64,000 nucleotides of DNA from Candidatus Woesearchaeota archaeon (GCA_016181305.1 JACOZN010000001.1:3025-67024); one strand, 5' to 3'. Shown: positions 8,750 through 17,482, numbered from the stretch's first letter. Program-made: numbers and translations. Notes: a model not told the origin generated them from the letters alone.

Positions 8750-9454
8750 TTATTTCTTCTGCGGCTCCTTATATCCCTTAGTCATCCTGTCCAGCTTGTT
8801 CACGCTTTCAGTCAGGCTCGGAAGCACCTTCTGGAAAACCTTTTCCATAGCCTTTACCTCTGTGCCGACATCAACAATGTTCTGGTCGTAGGCGGAAACC
8901 TTGGCAAGCATGCTTTTTGTCAGAGAGTCAATGCTTAACCTCATGTCAATAATCTGCTGCTCGAGCTTTGCGAGCCTTTCCTCGCTCTTGTCCTTCCATT
9001 CTATAACCTTTTTTATGTCCTTTGCCAAATCCTCCCATTTCTCTTCAATTATGGCTTCTGCAACCTCCTGTATCCTTTCCTCGTCTATTGAAGCTGGAGT
9101 CTGGATTTCCCTTGGCGCCTGGAAGCCCTGCATGGGCTGTTGCTGGTACTGCTGCTGCTCATAGCCATAGTCCTGCATTCCTGTTTCAGGCTGCTCAACG
9201 CGCTCATTTGCCTCGAAGCCGGCCAAGCCGGCCTGGTTTATCGCGTCAAATATCTGGTTGGTGCTGTAGCCCTGGCTTTGAAGTGTCTGCACAATCTGGT
9301 TGTTTGTATATCCTTGCTGCTTCATCATCAGAACCTGCTCGATCGGGGATTGGGGCATGGGCATCGGCTGCTGTGACTGCAGCTCAGGAGGCGGCAATGG
9401 TATATCTAAAGGTTCCTCTTTTTTTTTCTTTCCAAGCTTAAAGAAAGCCATCAA
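8750..9454 (-). CDS. Gln-rich protein with a GY helical-hairpin module and a C-terminal coiled coil (possibly FlaC-like)
   Basis: The N-terminal module is QQGYTNNQIVQTLQSQGYSTNQIFDAINQA, followed by a Q/E-rich linker and a heptad-rich C-terminus. The resemblance to archaeal FlaC coiled coils is from memory only. Confidence 0.4.
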   Translation of the reverse strand: MMAFFKLGKKKKEEPLDIPLPPPELQSQQPMPMPQSPIEQVLMMKQQGYTNNQIVQTLQSQGYSTNQIFDAINQAGLAGFEANERVEQPETGMQDYGYEQQQYQQQPMQGFQAPREIQTPASIDEERIQEVAEAIIEEKWEDLAKDIKKVIEWKDKSEERLAKLEQQIIDMRLSIDSLTKSMLAKVSAYDQNIVDVGTEVKAMEKVFQKVLPSLTESVNKLDRMTKGYKEPQKK

Positions 9455-9503
9455 TGCACCTCTCTTTTGATGCCATACTTTCCATAAACCTATTTAAACC
9501 TTT

Positions 9504-9974
9504 CTATTGCCCTTTTCTCTCGAGAACTTCATTGATAATCTGCTCCACTTCATTCTGGGTTACGAATCTGATTGGGTTCCACAGGTTGATGTACTTCTCC
9601 AGCACCTTGACCTCGTCTTTTCTTGCAGTTGTCTGCAGCTCCCTTATTATAAGGAGCATCTTGTCCCTTAGCTCCTGCATCTCCTTCCTTATTTCGCTGA
9701 TGTCAGACGCTATGGTCTTGATTTCAGCAGAGTAGTGCCTGTTCTTTGCTATGATGTTCTCCTCTGTAACCTGGAAAAACCTCCTTAGGTTTGTGAAGCC
9801 CTCCTCGAGAAGCCTGAGTCGCCTGCTTAGTGTGTTTATGTCGGTTGTCATGCCGCTGACATCAGGCATTTCAGGCTGCTGCTGATGCCCGAATTTCAGG
9901 ATCCCCTCGTGCCTTTTCGGCGGCGGCGGGGGCAGAGAAGATTGTGCGTCCATGGTAAACCTCTTTTTTGGCAT
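9504..9974 (-). CDS. Coiled-coil protein with a Pro-rich N-terminus, function unknown
   Basis: 156-aa ORF co-directional with 8750-9454, with heptad repeats. Confidence 0.4.
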   Translation of the reverse strand: MPKKRFTMDAQSSLPPPPPKRHEGILKFGHQQQPEMPDVSGMTTDINTLSRRLRLLEEGFTNLRRFFQVTEENIIAKNRHYSAEIKTIASDISEIRKEMQELRDKMLLIIRELQTTARKDEVKVLEKYINLWNPIRFVTQNEVEQIINEVLERKGQ

Positions 9975-10008
9975 TTTATTTATTGCTTTTTATTTAAACT
10001 TTGCCATT

Positions 10009-10842
10009 TCAGCAATAGCCTTTCAAGTCCTCCTCAATCCTATAGACTTTTTTCGCGTCTTTTACAATGCCCAATCCAACTTCTTTGGTTAAAATCCCCT
10101 CTTTGTTATGGCTTAATATGCCTGTTGTGCCGTAAAACGGCAGCGCAATCTGGGTTCTGCCCAGCAATGTGTCTTTTGTCCCATCAGCTTTAAAATTGCC
10201 TGCCGCATTGCAGTAAACAAATACTGCATGGCTTTCAATCGCCCTTGCAGAAGCCAAGGCATCAACCTCTTTCGGAGTTTTGTTTTTGAAATACTTGTTG
10301 CTGTAAATCCGGTCATAAGAAGCGGATTTTGAGCTCCAGAACGAGGGGCAGAATATGATATCGGCTTTTTTTAGCATAAGCTTTCTTGTTATTTCAGGGT
10401 ACAGCAGGTCGCGGCAGATTTCAATCCCTATGCTGCCGATCTTGGTTTTGAAGACAGAAACGTTATTTCCGGCTGTCAGATACTTAGCCTCTGATTTCTG
10501 AACAAGATGGTTTTTTTTATAGCTTCCGATAATTTTCCCTTTATCGTCGAACAGGTAGCTTATGTTGTAGAAATTGCCGCCGATTTTCTCTATTACAGAG
10601 CCCATTACCGAGAAAATGCCGTAATTTTCGGACAGCATGGAAAACAGCCTTTTTGCCTCTACTGGAATTTTTGGGTTATATTTTTCTTTGTTCAAGGGGC
10701 CTGTCAAAAACACTTCAGGAAAGCATATAATGCCGCAGTTGTTTTTATCGGCTTTCTTGAAGAAATGCTCTGCGCTAGAAATGTTTTTATTGAAGTCAGG
10801 GCTTATTTTTGATTGAACTGCGCAGATTTTAGTGACTGGCAT
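10009..10842 (-). CDS. Carbon-nitrogen hydrolase (nitrilase superfamily)
   Basis: Glu-Lys-Cys triad context: ICFPEVF, YKKNHL, GIEICRDLLYPE. Confidence 0.8.
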   Translation of the reverse strand: MPVTKICAVQSKISPDFNKNISSAEHFFKKADKNNCGIICFPEVFLTGPLNKEKYNPKIPVEAKRLFSMLSENYGIFSVMGSVIEKIGGNFYNISYLFDDKGKIIGSYKKNHLVQKSEAKYLTAGNNVSVFKTKIGSIGIEICRDLLYPEITRKLMLKKADIIFCPSFWSSKSASYDRIYSNKYFKNKTPKEVDALASARAIESHAVFVYCNAAGNFKADGTKDTLLGRTQIALPFYGTTGILSHNKEGILTKEVGLGIVKDAKKVYRIEEDLKGYC

Positions 10843-10975
10843 CTGGCATGAGGATGCGTTGGTATATTTATTTTTAATGGATTTAAAACCGCAACCTTTA
10901 AATACCCATTATATTATAAAATAATATAAACTAGATAAAATAATATAAAATATATTTTATAATATAGGTTTGTTG

Positions 10976-11119
10976 ATGAAAAAGCCAATCAGCGCGACAA
11001 TTGACGAGGACTTGATTGATTGGATTAGAAAAGAGCTCCAAAACAAGGAGAGGTACAGGAACAAGTCGCATTTAATAGAAGTTGCATTGCATCAATTAAA
11101 AAAAGAGGCGAAAAAATAA
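10976..11119 (+). CDS. Ribbon-helix-helix (CopG/Arc-like) small DNA-binding protein
   Basis: 47-aa ORF MKKPISATIDEDLIDWIRKELQNKERYRNKSHLIEVALHQLKKEAKK, below the ORF-track size cutoff. The beta-strand, helix, helix pattern is typical of RHH proteins. Its TAA stop overlaps the ATPase ATG (taatg). Confidence 0.65.
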   Translation: MKKPISATIDEDLIDWIRKELQNKERYRNKSHLIEVALHQLKKEAKK

Positions 11120-13422
11120 TGGCATTATTTGGAGAAACCAAAAAGCCCTTCACTTACGATGTCATGAGGGAGGGCGAGGAAATAATACTTCTCATAGACA
11201 TGGAGCAGTACCCGCATATACCATCCCTGGAAGACGACCCAGTGTGCATGTCAAGGACAATGGACATTCTTGCAGAGGCAGGCGCTGTTACAAAGATTGT
11301 CTACACTCAAAAGAGAAATTACGAGTACGACTACACCCAGGCTTTGATGGTTCAGGAGATGGCAAAGCTTTACTCCCAGCTTGGCAAAAGAAGGGACTTG
11401 CTCGGGTATTCAACCTTGCTTGCAGACCCTAAATGTACAAAATGGGCGCCGCAATGGTACGCAAGCATACAGAACATAACAGCTGACTTGATGAAAAGAG
11501 ACCCGATTGGGGCTTATGTCGAGCTTAAAAGAACCATAAGGGACGAAAGGATAAAGATTGACAGGACTGTCGACCAGAACTACATAAGCTGCTCAAAAAA
11601 ATACATTGCAATCCTGAATTACCTGATGGGGCTGATGGAAAAGACAAAGATAATCGACTCGGCAAAGCCGTATTTGTCAGGATATAAGCTGGGAGACAGA
11701 AGTGTTTACAGGCGCATTTTCACTCCTGACATAAGGCCTGACTTCATGTTCACAAAGCTTATGGCGGCTTTTCCTCCCGAGGCAGAGGAGATTGACAGCT
11801 ACGAGATTGACAAAAACACGGAAGTCACGATTTTTGAGCTGCCTGACAACGTGCAGTACCTCTACCACTTAATACCTCCTGAGTTCAAGCTGACAGAGGA
11901 AAAGTACGAGATTCTTGACACTGCAAGGAAGATAATGGCGGAGCACAAGCCCACAAGGCAGGAATTTATCGACCCTGAAAGGATGAGGCAGGTATTTTAC
12001 AACATAGGCTCTGACCTGATTGAGGAGCTGGTCAATTACAGAAATTTAAGATTGACAGCTGCAGAAATAGACGAGATGACTAAAATTCTTGTTAGGTACA
12101 CTGTAGGCTTTGGACTGATTGAAGTTCTGCTTCAGGATGAAAAGGTGCAGGACATCACAATAAACTCGCCTCTTGGCGAAACGCCGATATTCATAGTGCA
12201 CCAGGACTATGCCGACTGCAAAACCAACATAGTTCCAACTGTGCCTGAAGCGGATTCGTGGGCATCCAAACTGAGATTGATTTCAGGGCGCCCATTGGAC
12301 GAAGCCAACCCGATTCTTGATACAGAACTGATAATTCCCGGGGCAAACTCAAGGATTGCAGTAGTCGCACCTCCCTTAAACCCGAGCGGCTTGGCTTTTG
12401 CATTCAGGCGCCATAGGGACAAGCCATGGACACTGCCCTTGTTCATACAAAACAAGATGCTCAATCCATTGGCAGCAGGCATACTGAGCTTTTTGATTGA
12501 CGGCTCAAGGTCATTGCTGGTTGCAGGCACAAGAAGCGCGGGAAAAACAAGCCTTTTAGGGGCAATTCTCGTCGAGCTGATGAGGAAGTACAGGGTTATA
12601 ACGATAGAGGACACCTTGGAGCTGCCAACAAACTCATTGAGAAAACTTGGTTACAACATCCAGTCAATGAAGGTTGCTGCTGCGCTGACAAAAGGCACAA
12701 GCGAGGTTCCTGCAGACGAAGGAATAAGGACAACATTAAGGATGGGCGATTCTGCCTTGATTATCGGGGAAATCAGAAGCAAGGAAGCTCTTGCCTTGTA
12801 CGAGGCAATGCGAGTTGGGGCGTTGGCAAATGTGGTTGCAGGCACTATTCATGGCGACTCTCCTTATGGGGTGTTTGACAGGGTTGTAAACGACTTGGGG
12901 GTGCCAAGGACAAGCTTCAAGGCAACAGATGTTGTTGTTGTTGCAAATCCCGTAAGAAGCGCAGACGGCTTGCACCGATGGAGAAGAGTAACCCAAATAA
13001 CCGAAGTCAGGAAGCAGTGGGAGCAGGATCCCTTGGTTGAGAAAGGCTTTGTGGACTTGATGAAATATGACTCAAGAAAAGACGAGCTTGAGGCAAGCGA
13101 GGAGCTTATCAACGGCGATTCCGAGATACTGAAAGCAATAGCAGGCAATGTAAAGGAATGGGCAGGCAACTGGGATGCTGTCTGGGACAACATAATGCTA
13201 AGGGCAAAGATAAAGGAAACTCTTGTAGGCTTTGCAGGCAAGACAGGCAATCCGGGGCTGCTTGAGGCGGACTTTGTGATTCAGAGCAATGACCAGTTCC
13301 ACAAGATATCAGAAAGGGTAAAGGATGACATTGGAACACTTGACTCCAAAAGGATACTCTTTGAATGGAATGAATGGCTCAAGAGGCATGTCAAGAGAAT
13401 GGATTTCCACAGCAAGCTATGA
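11119..13422 (+). CDS. Archaeal type IV pilus/archaellum-type secretion ATPase (FlaI/PilB/VirB11 superfamily) with a long N-terminal extension
   Basis: Walker A is GTRSAGKTSLLGA. The box ALIIGEIRSKEALALYEAMRVG is typical of FlaI/GspE ATPases. 767 aa. Confidence 0.85.
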   Translation: MALFGETKKPFTYDVMREGEEIILLIDMEQYPHIPSLEDDPVCMSRTMDILAEAGAVTKIVYTQKRNYEYDYTQALMVQEMAKLYSQLGKRRDLLGYSTLLADPKCTKWAPQWYASIQNITADLMKRDPIGAYVELKRTIRDERIKIDRTVDQNYISCSKKYIAILNYLMGLMEKTKIIDSAKPYLSGYKLGDRSVYRRIFTPDIRPDFMFTKLMAAFPPEAEEIDSYEIDKNTEVTIFELPDNVQYLYHLIPPEFKLTEEKYEILDTARKIMAEHKPTRQEFIDPERMRQVFYNIGSDLIEELVNYRNLRLTAAEIDEMTKILVRYTVGFGLIEVLLQDEKVQDITINSPLGETPIFIVHQDYADCKTNIVPTVPEADSWASKLRLISGRPLDEANPILDTELIIPGANSRIAVVAPPLNPSGLAFAFRRHRDKPWTLPLFIQNKMLNPLAAGILSFLIDGSRSLLVAGTRSAGKTSLLGAILVELMRKYRVITIEDTLELPTNSLRKLGYNIQSMKVAAALTKGTSEVPADEGIRTTLRMGDSALIIGEIRSKEALALYEAMRVGALANVVAGTIHGDSPYGVFDRVVNDLGVPRTSFKATDVVVVANPVRSADGLHRWRRVTQITEVRKQWEQDPLVEKGFVDLMKYDSRKDELEASEELINGDSEILKAIAGNVKEWAGNWDAVWDNIMLRAKIKETLVGFAGKTGNPGLLEADFVIQSNDQFHKISERVKDDIGTLDSKRILFEWNEWLKRHVKRMDFHSKL

Positions 13423-13620
13423 TTAAAATTATTTTAGTTTTGCCATAAAATCATCCATTAAAAAAATAAAACACGTTGAACAAAAAATAAGCAAAAAACG
13501 AGAGCGACTTTGTGATTTCATAAGGGGCGTAAAGTGAACCGCTTGTGATTTAAGCCTGACAAATTAAAAATTAATCAATCAAATAATCAAAAAAAGAGGT
13601 GAAAGTAAATTCTGTAGAAC

Positions 13621-15807
13621 ATGCCCAAGGAAATAGACAGGCAGAAGCTGCTGGACTTGATGCAGATTTACAAGGCCCACCTTGAGAAAGAGCTGGGCGC
13701 AAAGCTTGAGGGGCAGCCTTCAAAGCCCACAACAAGGGAGTACCAGGAGTTCAAGGCGGAATTTCTCCCACCTCATATGGGCTTGTACGAGAAATTATGC
13801 AATCTAAGCGAGAAACTGCTGAAAATAAAGCCTGATGCAAAAAAGGCTGCAGAGCTCCAGGAGGCAATTAATATAACCCACCTTAGCATAACTCCTTCCG
13901 GAACAGTCTCTTTTTCCTTCCTGATTCCGTTGGTTGGAGCGCTGTTCGGCTCGCTGCTTGCGTATTTGATATTCCAGTCAACATTCTTCGTGCTGCTTTT
14001 TGTCGTCGGCGCTCTTGCAGCGATAAAGCCTCTTGGGAAGGCTCCTGAATTCATTGCCAACAACTGGAGGCTGAAGGCAAGCAACCAGATGGTGCTGTGC
14101 ATATTCTATGTCGTAACGTACATGAGGCACACGTCAAATCTTGAAAAAGCCATTGAGTTTGCATCCCAGCATCTTGCCCCTCCGCTGTCCCTTGACATGA
14201 AAAAAGTGCTCTGGGACGTTGAAACAGAGAAGTATTCAACCGTAAAGGAGTCTCTTGATGCCTATCTTGACACGTGGAAGAAATGGAACCTTGAGTTTAT
14301 AGAGTCGTTCCACCTAATTGAAAGCTCATTGTACGAGGGAGATGAAGCCAGAAGGTTGAACGCGCTTGACAAGGCGCTTGATGTCATACTTGACGAAACT
14401 TATGAAAAGATGCTGCATTACGCCCACAATCTCCAGAATCCAATCACCATGCTGCACATGCTTGGAATCATACTGCCGATTCTCGGGCTCGTGATACTGC
14501 CGCTGGTTGTAAGCTTCATGGAGGGCGTGAGATGGTATCATCTTGCCTTTATTTACAATGTAGTCCTGACTGTCGTGGTTTATTACCTTGGAAAAAACAT
14601 CCTTTCAAGAAGGCCTACGGGATACGGCGACACTGACATATCGGAGGAAAACCCCGAGCTGAAAAAATACAGGAGCATTCTCATAAAGGTGGGGAATGGG
14701 GAATTCCAGCTGTCGCCTTTGGTTATAAGCGTTCTTGTAGGAGTGGTGCTTTTTTTTATAGGGCTCAGCCCGCTGATATTCCACGCGATTGGGGTTTCTG
14801 ATTTTGGGATTGGGGCTGAAGACCTGACGAACCCCTGCGGGCAGAAATACTGCTTTCTTGAGTACAGGAGGAGCGCGACAACAAACATCGAAATAGGGCC
14901 TTACGGGCTGGGAGCGGCAATTGCAAGCCTTTTCATTCCATTGAGCTTTGGCATTTCAATCGGCTTGTACTACAGGCTCAAGTCAAAAAACATCATCAAA
15001 ATAAGGGAGAAAGCCAAGCAGCTTGAGCTTGAGTTTGCAAATGCGCTGTTCCAGCTTGGAAACAGGCTGGGCGACAACATACCGGTCGAGATAGCAGTGG
15101 GCAAAGTTGCTGATGTCATGGAAGGCACTGTTTCGGGAAATTTCTTCCAGGTTGTGAGCCTCAACATAAGAAGGCTCGGGATGAGCATTGAAAGGGCGAT
15201 ATTTGACCCTCTGCACGGAGCGCTTGTCTCATTTCCAAGCAACCTTATTGAAAGCTCAATGAAAGTTTTGACCCAGGCGATAAAAAAGGGCCCCCTGATT
15301 GCGGCGCAGGCGCTGACAAACGTTTCAAGGTACATAAAGGAAATCCACAGGGTTAATGAAAGATTAAAGGACCTTATGGCGGATATTATTTCCTCAATGA
15401 AGTCGCAGATAAAGTTTTTGACGCCTGCAATTGCAGGGGTTGTGATTGGGATTACCTCGATGATAACGGCAATTTTGGGCAAATTAAGTGGGCAGCTTCA
15501 GCAGGTTACTTCTGATGTTGGCGGCGCCTCATCCGGAGCGCCGCTCGGCATCCTGGGCTTGTTCGGGGAAGGCATTCCGACTTATTATTTCCAGATGATA
15601 GTCGGCATTTATGTTGTGCAGATTACATTCATTTTGACAGTCATAGCGAATGGCGTTGAGAACGGCGCTGACAAGCTCAGCGAGAGATTCCTGCTTGGAA
15701 ACAATTTGATAAGAAGCACCATACTTTACGTCTTCATTTCCGGGGCTGTCATGCTGCTGTTCAACATAATTGCAGGAAGGATACTGACTGCAACGCTGAG
15801 CGGTTGA
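13621..15807 (+). CDS. FlaJ/TadC-type (T2SS-F family) polytopic platform protein
   Basis: Two cytoplasmic helical T2SSF-like repeats (around aa 160-270 and 470-570, e.g. ELEFANALFQLGNRLGDNIPVEIAVGKVA) alternate with TM bundles. The gene lies downstream of the ATPase. Confidence 0.7.
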   Translation: MPKEIDRQKLLDLMQIYKAHLEKELGAKLEGQPSKPTTREYQEFKAEFLPPHMGLYEKLCNLSEKLLKIKPDAKKAAELQEAINITHLSITPSGTVSFSFLIPLVGALFGSLLAYLIFQSTFFVLLFVVGALAAIKPLGKAPEFIANNWRLKASNQMVLCIFYVVTYMRHTSNLEKAIEFASQHLAPPLSLDMKKVLWDVETEKYSTVKESLDAYLDTWKKWNLEFIESFHLIESSLYEGDEARRLNALDKALDVILDETYEKMLHYAHNLQNPITMLHMLGIILPILGLVILPLVVSFMEGVRWYHLAFIYNVVLTVVVYYLGKNILSRRPTGYGDTDISEENPELKKYRSILIKVGNGEFQLSPLVISVLVGVVLFFIGLSPLIFHAIGVSDFGIGAEDLTNPCGQKYCFLEYRRSATTNIEIGPYGLGAAIASLFIPLSFGISIGLYYRLKSKNIIKIREKAKQLELEFANALFQLGNRLGDNIPVEIAVGKVADVMEGTVSGNFFQVVSLNIRRLGMSIERAIFDPLHGALVSFPSNLIESSMKVLTQAIKKGPLIAAQALTNVSRYIKEIHRVNERLKDLMADIISSMKSQIKFLTPAIAGVVIGITSMITAILGKLSGQLQQVTSDVGGASSGAPLGILGLFGEGIPTYYFQMIVGIYVVQITFILTVIANGVENGADKLSERFLLGNNLIRSTILYVFISGAVMLLFNIIAGRILTATLSG

Positions 15808-16028
15808 AAATTTTTAGAAAAATAGTTGGGCGGATTTCTTAATCCTAACTTAATTTTCTCAATCAAATTCCCTATTATTTTAAATCCCTTGAATTATTAT
15901 CAACAATCAAATTATGATTTATGTTTTCTAATGTATATACTCCAGTACCACTGGACATTTGTCGACGTGAAGTATTTAAACCCAAATCATTTACATAGTT
16001 TCAATCTAAATAAAATTGGTGATTTAAA

Positions 16029-16796
16029 ATGGAATTTGATTTATCTGAAATAAAATTAAGTCATAATGACATAAGAAGAGAGGTAACACTACCAAATCAA
16101 CCTTCTAAAGAGTTGGCAGAGTTTATAGGTATCCTAACTGGTGATGGTTTCATTAACAATTATACTAATAAAAATTCTTATATTATAGAGATTGCTGGAG
16201 ATAGAAACTTGGATAAAGAATACTTGGAAGTTTATATAAAAAATCTTATTAAGAATTTATTCAACATAAACTGCAAAATATACTATAAGAAAGATCAAAA
16301 CACAGCTTATGCTAGATTATTATCTAAGGGAGTTTATAATTACTTACTATCAATAGGATTTAAAGCTGGAAAGAAAGAGCAGATAGGAATCCCAAATTGG
16401 ATAGCAGAAAATAACAGCTTAATGATATCGTTTATTAAGGGTTTAATAGATACTGATGGTTCTTTGATGTTAACAAAAAAGCCATCAAAGAAGTCGCTAT
16501 TTTACCCAATAATCAGTATTAAAGTAAAAAGTAAGATTTTGGTTCAGAAAACTGGAAAGTTTTTAGAGGAATTTGGATTTAGAGTTAATATAATTGAAGA
16601 TGAATTACGCACTGACAAAAGAGGCTATAAAGATACGCTAATTTCTTCTGTAATAATATCTGGAAGAAAAAATTTGGACTTATGGATGGCTAAAATAAAT
16701 TTCAGAAATAAAAGACACTTAGATAAGTACTTGCATTATATTAAAAGTAGAAATATGGGGCGGATGGAAATTTCAGCAACTTTGCGAACGAAGTGA
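16029..16796 (+). CDS. Double-motif LAGLIDADG homing endonuclease, free-standing
   Basis: Two LAGLIDADG motifs: FIGILTGDGFI and FIKGLIDTDGSL. The gene and its 220-nt upstream region are visibly more AT-rich than the flanks. The last 41 nt overlap tRNA-Phe antisense. Confidence 0.8.
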   Translation: MEFDLSEIKLSHNDIRREVTLPNQPSKELAEFIGILTGDGFINNYTNKNSYIIEIAGDRNLDKEYLEVYIKNLIKNLFNINCKIYYKKDQNTAYARLLSKGVYNYLLSIGFKAGKKEQIGIPNWIAENNSLMISFIKGLIDTDGSLMLTKKPSKKSLFYPIISIKVKSKILVQKTGKFLEEFGFRVNIIEDELRTDKRGYKDTLISSVIISGRKNLDLWMAKINFRNKRHLDKYLHYIKSRNMGRMEISATLRTK

Positions 16797-17013
16797 GCTC
16801 TCGGAACTTTATGTTCCGCAAAGCGTCAACCGATTTCGCGGTTGTTTTGAATCCATGATTGTAGAAGGACACTAAACGTGAGCCTTTCACCACGGTCTTC
16901 AGCCGTCTAAGCCAACATTAAAGCTGTGTGCTCTCCATAGCCGAAGACTTCTAGCTTCCTTCACAGGCTGAGCTACCGAACTGGTTCGATAAGCACTTGC
17001 TTATAGAATCCCC
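16756..17013 (-). tRNA. tRNA-Phe(GAA) with five BHB introns (exons 17013-17010, 16978-16964, 16936-16928, 16906-16888, 16858-16846, 16769-16756)
   Basis: The exons join to GGGGCGGTAGCTCAGCCTGGGAGAGCACACGGCTGAAGACCGTGGTGTCATGGATTCAAATTCCATCCGCCCCA. This has a 7-bp acceptor stem, a canonical Phe D-arm, anticodon loop CTGAAGA, variable loop GTGTC and T-loop TTCAAAT. Exons (74 nt) plus introns (31+27+21+29+76 nt) sum to exactly 258 nt. Four introns satisfy the BHB rule fully and the acceptor-stem intron has 3 of 4 central base pairs. Confidence 0.75.
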
Positions 17014-17068
17014 ATGGATGCTCAACCCAAAATCCAAGAACAAGATGACAATTTAAAATACTTTCGAT

Positions 17069-17482
17069 TTAAATCTCCTCATCATCAGAATCTTCAACGT
17101 CCTCTTCCTCGACATTGACATCTTCCCCGCTGGGTTCTTCAGTAGGAATGTTTGTCCTTATTTTGGCATCGTCGCTGCCAGAGCCGGCATCGGATTTGCC
17201 GACAACCTCAAGCTTTCCAAGCCTGCCTGTCGTCAGCTGCATCTCACCCTGCCACTCATTGACATAGCCGTTGGTTAAATGAACCTTGTCGCCTGCCCTG
17301 ACTTTTTCAATGTCGTCATTCCACAAAGTGAGCTTTATGTCGCCGGTTTCGTCTTTGGCTATTGCGTTTGCAACCTTGCCGGGCTTGCCGAACTTGTTGA
17401 ACTCCCTTGTGTCGCCAACATCAACAATATCAATGACTATGTCTACATTGCCCAGCTTCGGCTTTAAGTCTTTTACCTGCAT
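17069..17482 (-). CDS. Single OB-fold ssDNA-binding protein with an acidic C-terminal tail
   Basis: OB-fold core (KLTLWNDDIEKVRAGDKVHLTNGYVNEWQGEMQLT) followed by a flexible tail ending in EEEDVEDSDDEEI. Confidence 0.7.
   Translation of the reverse strand: MQVKDLKPKLGNVDIVIDIVDVGDTREFNKFGKPGKVANAIAKDETGDIKLTLWNDDIEKVRAGDKVHLTNGYVNEWQGEMQLTTGRLGKLEVVGKSDAGSGSDDAKIRTNIPTEEPSGEDVNVEEEDVEDSDDEEI

Noticed and set aside
13265-13520. Repeated ttgtgattt strings (within the ATPase 3' end and twice in the 198-nt spacer), considered as a C/D-box sRNA or regulatory repeats.
   Set aside because: They do not match the C-box (RUGAUGA) and D-box (CUGA) arrangement, and the repeats are short enough to be chance. 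The spacer is mentioned only under the pilus-operon finding.
15826-16053. The 75-aa ORF just upstream of the homing endonuclease.
   Set aside because: It lies in the AT-rich promoter region of the HEG (the TATA-like box is inside it), overlaps the HEG start and has no recognisable features.
15829-16765. An 8-bp direct repeat gggcggat flanking the LAGLIDADG gene (15829-15836 and 16758-16765), considered as att sites or a target-site duplication at the tRNA 3' end.
   Set aside because: Only 8 bp match, and that could easily occur by chance within these flanks. LAGLIDADG homing does not create duplications, and no integrase is present.
16890-16930. An apparent anticodon loop CTTTAAT (anticodon TTA, an ochre-suppressor-like reading) directly after the tRNA-Phe D-arm.
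   Set aside because: No complementary 3' anticodon-stem strand follows it. The segment instead folds as a 21-nt BHB intron (central helix GAGC/GCTT, inner helix CAGC/GTTG). Its removal exposes a perfect CACGG-CTGAAGA-CCGTG Phe anticodon arm.
16937-16963. A GTGAAGGAAGC string reminiscent of the SRP RNA helix-8 GGAA/AGCA motif.
   Set aside because: It lies entirely within D-loop intron B of tRNA-Phe. No other SRP RNA features (5' domain, helix 6, a length of about 300 nt) are present.
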